DNA of 64,000 nucleotides from Oligoflexales bacterium (GTDB lineage Bacteria; Bdellovibrionota_B; Oligoflexia; Oligoflexales; Bog-1112): NCBI GenBank assembly GCA_045106415.1, contig JBGCEP010000018.1, positions 1 to 64,000 of the forward strand, read 5' to 3'. Shown piece by piece: positions 59,986 to 64,000 of this stretch (position 1 is its first letter; each line of letters starts with the position of its first letter). The notes under the pieces were generated by a model. It saw only the letters and a program-made list of their open reading frames with translations, ran no database searches and was not told where the DNA came from. The position numbers and the translations under genes were made by a program.

Positions 59986-61347
59986 TCACAAACTCGACAC
60001 ATCGTCTTTGATGAGATTATGGAATGATACAAAATTTGGCAACCAAGCTAAAGTCACTGTTCCTGTTTCACCGTGACGGTTTTTCGCAAGAATAACTTCT
60101 GACTGACCAGCTAGTTCTGAGTCTGTATTATAGTATTCATCTCGATACACAAATAAAATTAAATCAGCATCTTGCTCCATAGAGCCTGATTCTCTCAAAT
60201 CAGAAATTCTCGGGCGTTTATCAGGACGAGCATCAGGACCTCTATTCAACTGTGCCAAAGCAATAACAGGAACGTTAAGTTCTTTAGCCATTGCTTTCAA
60301 GTTTGTAGAAATTTCACTAATCTCTCTTTCTCGACCTTGTTTTCGCGCTGTATCACTTGCTGTCATGAGCTGAAGATAGTCAATCACCACCATGGATAAG
60401 CCGTGCTCTTTTTTATAACGGCGACACCGTGACCGTACTTCACTCACAGAGATTGCCGGAGTTTCATCAATCATCAAACGGTAGCCTAAATCATGCATGC
60501 GCCGAGCCGCCGCTGCTAAATCATCTTGCTCTTCAACCCCAAGATCACCTCGCCTTAACTTTGTAGAATCAATCCGTCCTTCTGCCGACAAAACCCTCTG
60601 CATAAGCTGCTCTCGAGACATCTCCAGAGTAAAGATTGCAACATGAGATTCTTTTTTCGACTTCAAAGCATTCATAGCCCAGTTCAAGGCCAGCGCTGTT
60701 TTACCCATACCTGGGCGAGCCGCTAAAATAATTAAATCAGATCCTTGCCACCCACTCGTTGTGTGATCAAGGTCTGTAAAACCAGTAGAGACACCAGTAA
60801 CACCACCACCACCTTCAATGCGGCGCTCAAGATCTGCGATCGTTGCTTCCAACACCTCGGGTGCAGAAGTAAGACCAATAGAAAGGTCTCTTTCGCGACT
60901 GATGTCGAGAAACTCTTGCTCAACATTCGCCATAAATTGCTGAACATCACCATCTACATCTGCAGCTTGTTGCGCCGTTTCCTGACACCTTAAAATCACT
61001 CGGCGAGCAAAATATTTCTCTCTAATAAGTTTACCGAAATGCTCAACGTTTTGCGTCAGCGGTGCTTTTTCCGATAGCTCAAGTAGAAAAGTATACGTGA
61101 CATCTTTTCGAAGCTTTTGTGAAATTGTAATGGGATCAACGGGCTCATTATGAAGATCAAGCTCTAAAAATGCCTGAAAAATCTTCCTATGAACATCTGA
61201 GAAGAAGTGCTCTGGACGAAGCCGAGTTCGACTTGTAAGAATATCTAGCTGATTCGGGCTGCGAAGAACAGCGCCTAGGACAGCACATTCTGCCTCAAGT
61301 GCATGAGGAAGCTGTAAAGAACTTGCTGACACAGGCGCTACTTTCAC
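59986..61347 (-). CDS. dnaB: Replicative DNA helicase
   Basis: AARPGMGKT, IDYLQL, AQLNR, DLRESGSMEQDAD, KNRHG; no intein. Confidence 0.97.
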   Translation of the reverse strand: MKVAPVSASSLQLPHALEAECAVLGAVLRSPNQLDILTSRTRLRPEHFFSDVHRKIFQAFLELDLHNEPVDPITISQKLRKDVTYTFLLELSEKAPLTQNVEHFGKLIREKYFARRVILRCQETAQQAADVDGDVQQFMANVEQEFLDISRERDLSIGLTSAPEVLEATIADLERRIEGGGGVTGVSTGFTDLDHTTSGWQGSDLIILAARPGMGKTALALNWAMNALKSKKESHVAIFTLEMSREQLMQRVLSAEGRIDSTKLRRGDLGVEEQDDLAAAARRMHDLGYRLMIDETPAISVSEVRSRCRRYKKEHGLSMVVIDYLQLMTASDTARKQGREREISEISTNLKAMAKELNVPVIALAQLNRGPDARPDKRPRISDLRESGSMEQDADLILFVYRDEYYNTDSELAGQSEVILAKNRHGETGTVTLAWLPNFVSFHNLIKDDVSSL

Positions 61348-61357
61348 TCACTATCAA

Positions 61358-61807
61358 TCAACCAGCGACAACCCAAACCTTAATTTGAGCGTCGACATCA
61401 CGATCAAGTTCGATCTTGACGTCATAAGAACCGATTGTCTTAATTTCAGGAACAACAATCTGACGTTTTGATAATTCATAACCTTCGGCTTGTAGCATTT
61501 GCTGAAGTTCAGCAGTTGTTACAGATCCGAAAATACGATCATCTTCACCAACTTGTTTTGTGACATTCAAAGAAACAGATGCCAACTTTTTCGCTTGAGC
61601 ACGATAAGTCTCAAGAAGAGTTTGGCGTTTCTTATCAAGAACACGACGCTGGTGCTGAAGCTCACGCTCGTTGCTTAAGTTTGCAACAACAGCTTTTGCT
61701 CGTGGAATTAAAAAATTACGAGCATAGCCGCCACGAACAGTCACAACTTCACCCATAGCACCTAAAGAAGGAACATCGGAAGTTAAAATCAAACGCATCT
61801 GACTCAT
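61358..61807 (-). CDS. rplI: 50S ribosomal protein L9
   Basis: LG..GEVVTVRGGYARNFLIP, IFGSVT. Confidence 0.96.
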   Translation of the reverse strand: MSQMRLILTSDVPSLGAMGEVVTVRGGYARNFLIPRAKAVVANLSNERELQHQRRVLDKKRQTLLETYRAQAKKLASVSLNVTKQVGEDDRIFGSVTTAELQQMLQAEGYELSKRQIVVPEIKTIGSYDVKIELDRDVDAQIKVWVVAG

Positions 61808-61823
61808 AACGAATCCCTTTCTA

Positions 61824-62288
61824 TTAAGCTTTCATAGCTGGTTTACGACGTTCGCCACGATCACCACGATCACCACGATCACCACGATCACCACGATCAC
61901 CACGATCACCACGATCACTTTTTTCACGAACGTCTTTGCTTGCTGCTGCTAGCGCTTCTTGCTTTGCAATTTCAGCTTTACGGACTTCAACATCAACGTT
62001 TTCACCAACACGTACAGACATGTAGCGCAAGATGTAATCGTCAATACGCATAAGACGTTCAGCTTCTGCCAAATTTTCTGGCTTTGCTGTTAAATCATAA
62101 TGTACGTAATGTCCACGGAATTGCTTTTCCATAGAAAAAGCAAGCTTCCTAGAACCCCAGTCACTTTTGCGAATCACTTCACCGCCATCGGCAGTAACAA
62201 TGCTCTCGTAACGGGAAAACAGGGCCAAACGCTCTTCTTCTGGCAACTGTGTACTACCAATAATCGTGAGTTCATACTCTCTTAACAT
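61824..62288 (-). CDS. rpsF: 30S ribosomal protein S6 with (DRG)7 tail
   Basis: REYE, WGSRKLAF, G.Y, ILRYM. Confidence 0.93.
   Translation of the reverse strand: MLREYELTIIGSTQLPEEERLALFSRYESIVTADGGEVIRKSDWGSRKLAFSMEKQFRGHYVHYDLTAKPENLAEAERLMRIDDYILRYMSVRVGENVDVEVRKAEIAKQEALAAASKDVREKSDRGDRGDRGDRGDRGDRGDRGERRKPAMKA
61855..61917. repeat. Perfect 9-bp tandem repeat x7 (ccacgatca) in the rpsF 3' end
   Basis: Seven identical copies; encodes Asp-Arg-Gly x7. Confidence 0.95.
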
Positions 62289-62307
62289 GACTTCCCTCCC
62301 ATCGGGA

Positions 62308-62844
62308 CTAACTTCTAGCTTCACGAAACATGGCTTCAAGACGCTGCTCACCCGAAGGTAGCATCAACTCTTCCAAGTCTCTTAATTCATCCGGGCTCAT
62401 ACGTCCCAAAACCCAAGACGACACATCACCCTGTGCGGGCCGCCCAACACCTAATTTGATACGGCCAAAACCGTCGTTCCCCGTAAGCTGTAGGATACTG
62501 CGGACGCCATTATGGCCTCCGTGCCCTCCACCCTTACGAGCTTTGACAACTCCTGCACTCAGATCAATGTCATCGTAAATTAAAACAACATCTTCGGCTT
62601 TTAACTTGTAAAAAGAAATAGCAGGAGCTACAGACTCACCACTTTTATTCATCCAAGTTTGCGGCTTTAAAAATAAGCAGCTTTCACCATAAATCTGGCC
62701 GTTGCCAAATTCACCCTGAAATTTTTTGCCACCCCAAGTTCCACCATGCTTCTCAACTAAAAGATCTAAAAACTTCCAACCAATATTATGGCGGGTGTCT
62801 TCATATTGAGAACCAGGATTTCCTAAAGCGACGAGTAATTTCAA
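62308..62844 (-). CDS. pth: Peptidyl-tRNA hydrolase
   Basis: LGNPG..Y..TRHNIG, KPQTWMNKSG, DDIDL, GGHNG. Confidence 0.95.
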   Translation of the reverse strand: MKLLVALGNPGSQYEDTRHNIGWKFLDLLVEKHGGTWGGKKFQGEFGNGQIYGESCLFLKPQTWMNKSGESVAPAISFYKLKAEDVVLIYDDIDLSAGVVKARKGGGHGGHNGVRSILQLTGNDGFGRIKLGVGRPAQGDVSSWVLGRMSPDELRDLEELMLPSGEQRLEAMFREARS

Positions 62845-62861
62845 GGCAACATTCCATGTTC

Positions 62862-63143
62862 TTAAACAAACATCAAATCAACATGTAAAGCACTTCGCTT
62901 TACAGCATTAATTTGCAGTTCATGGATTCGAACTTTTTTGACATCGCCACTCAAGTCAAGATTGAACTCTCGACTTTCGCTCTGCCACGCTTTTGACAAC
63001 CACTTCGGGTCAAGTTCGATACAGGTATTGCCACTTTTGCTTTGAATGATTCCAGGAATCCACCCTGTAGCACGAAGTCTACGAGCAGGACCTTTTCCAT
63101 GTGTCTCGCGCAAACGGCCTTCAATTTTTACAAGATCAGACAT
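62862..63143 (-). CDS. rplY: 50S ribosomal protein L25 (short, single-domain form)
   Basis: R...GKGPARRLR..G.IPG, HVDL; lies between prs and pth. Confidence 0.85.
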   Translation of the reverse strand: MSDLVKIEGRLRETHGKGPARRLRATGWIPGIIQSKSGNTCIELDPKWLSKAWQSESREFNLDLSGDVKKVRIHELQINAVKRSALHVDLMFV

Positions 63144-63326
63144 TGATATCTCCACTTGGCTCTTTTAAGAGCTCTGGTCTTTTGGCATACAAGACACGAC
63201 TTGCGTCTATCCTAGGCATAGCCCGGACGCCAGATGTTCTGTATACCGGAGTCAGCCATGTTATTCAAGTCCTAATCACAAGACAAGGAGATTCAGAGTA
63301 AACTCAAAGATATTTTTGGAAAAGAG

Positions 63327-64000
63327 TTATTTTTCATGGAAAAGAGCGCTGATCGATTCGTGCTTTTGCAGACGAATCACAGCTTGCCCTAAAAGCTCAC
63401 CAACACTGACCTGTTCTATCTTTTCACAGACTTGTGCAGCAGCACTCAAGGGAATTGAGTTTGTGACCACCAATTTCTGAATAGGTGAGTCTATTATTTT
63501 CGCAACGGCATCACCGCTTAATACAGCGTGTGCTACGGCGGCTTGAACACTTTTTGCACCTGCGCTATGTAAAGCTTGAGCCCCTCGGACAAGGCTTCCG
63601 GCTGTGTCCACAATATCATCGACAATCAGGCAGTCTTTGCCTTTCACGTCTCCAATGATATGCATCACCATAGATTCATTTGGTTTGTCACGTCGTTTAT
63701 CAATAATACCTAAACCACAGTTCAGCCGCTTTGCCATCGCTCGTGCACGCTCTACCCCACCAGCATCAGGGGACACCACCATCCAGTCTTTTTGTTCTCG
63801 GCACTTTTCCAGCCAATCAAAAAAAACAGAGTTTGCGAACAAATGATCAACAGGGACGCTAAAAAAACCTTGAATGGCAGAGGTGTGGAGCTCCAAAGCT
63901 AAAACACGGGACACACCTGCTGCCTCATACAAATCTGCGACTAACTTTGCAGTAATTGGAGTTCTTGGAGCATTCTTTCTCTCTTGTCGAGAGTAACCAA
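63327..64000 (-). CDS. prs: Ribose-phosphate pyrophosphokinase (5' end outside the window)
   Basis: GYSRQERK..RTPITAKLVA, IQGFF, VSPDAGG, DKRR, VDDIVDTAGS. Confidence 0.96.
   Translation of the reverse strand, partial: GYSRQERKNAPRTPITAKLVADLYEAAGVSRVLALELHTSAIQGFFSVPVDHLFANSVFFDWLEKCREQKDWMVVSPDAGGVERARAMAKRLNCGLGIIDKRRDKPNESMVMHIIGDVKGKDCLIVDDIVDTAGSLVRGAQALHSAGAKSVQAAVAHAVLSGDAVAKIIDSPIQKLVVTNSIPLSAAAQVCEKIEQVSVGELLGQAVIRLQKHESISALFHEK

Noticed and set aside
59986..61347. Intein in dnaB
   Set aside because: Normal length (453 aa) with contiguous motifs.
61855..61917. Tandem repeat as a CRISPR array or an integrin-binding RGD adhesin
   Set aside because: 9-bp units with no spacers, inside a cytoplasmic ribosomal protein.
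2410..63846. Numerous 60-150 aa antisense or alternative-frame ORFs in the track
   Set aside because: They lie within well-supported genes and have no recognisable motifs.
1..64000. Mobile elements, prophage, defence island, alternative genetic code
   Set aside because: No transposase, integrase, phage structural or known defence genes recognised; core genes end normally on TAA, TAG and TGA.

Overview
A gene-dense, AT-rich (about 40% GC by eye) bacterial chromosomal window. Gene content and style suggest a Bdellovibrionota/Oligoflexia- or Deltaproteobacteria-like organism (inference). Most of it is housekeeping: a SUF Fe-S operon (sufBCD-sufU-nfu-nadA, with no sufS), RND+TolC, fabI, glpK, apt, map, a ctaA-ctaB fusion, a lytic transglycosylase, trxA, rnhB, rplS, futalosine-type menaquinone genes (mqnC-like, ubiA/mqnP, ubiX), methylmalonyl-CoA mutase+meaB, hutH, rpe, def, lon, grpE, fis, and prs-rplY-pth-rpsF-rplI-dnaB (with no rpsR). 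I saw no rRNA, tRNA, CRISPR array, transposase or integrase. The standout is 24604-26124(-), a putatively secreted protein with a eukaryote-type RING1-IBR-RING2 (RBR) ubiquitin-ligase module, including the catalytic Cys, fused to C-terminal pentapeptide repeats and sitting directly upstream of apt. Other notable items are a PIG-B/ALG9-like GT22 mannosyltransferase missed by the ORF track (<1-1523), a secreted papain-like Cys/His protein, an A-type Fe-S carrier and a Cox11-like protein that both lack metal-binding Cys motifs, and a perfect 20-bp inverted repeat. All family calls come from recognising motifs by eye; no searches were run.
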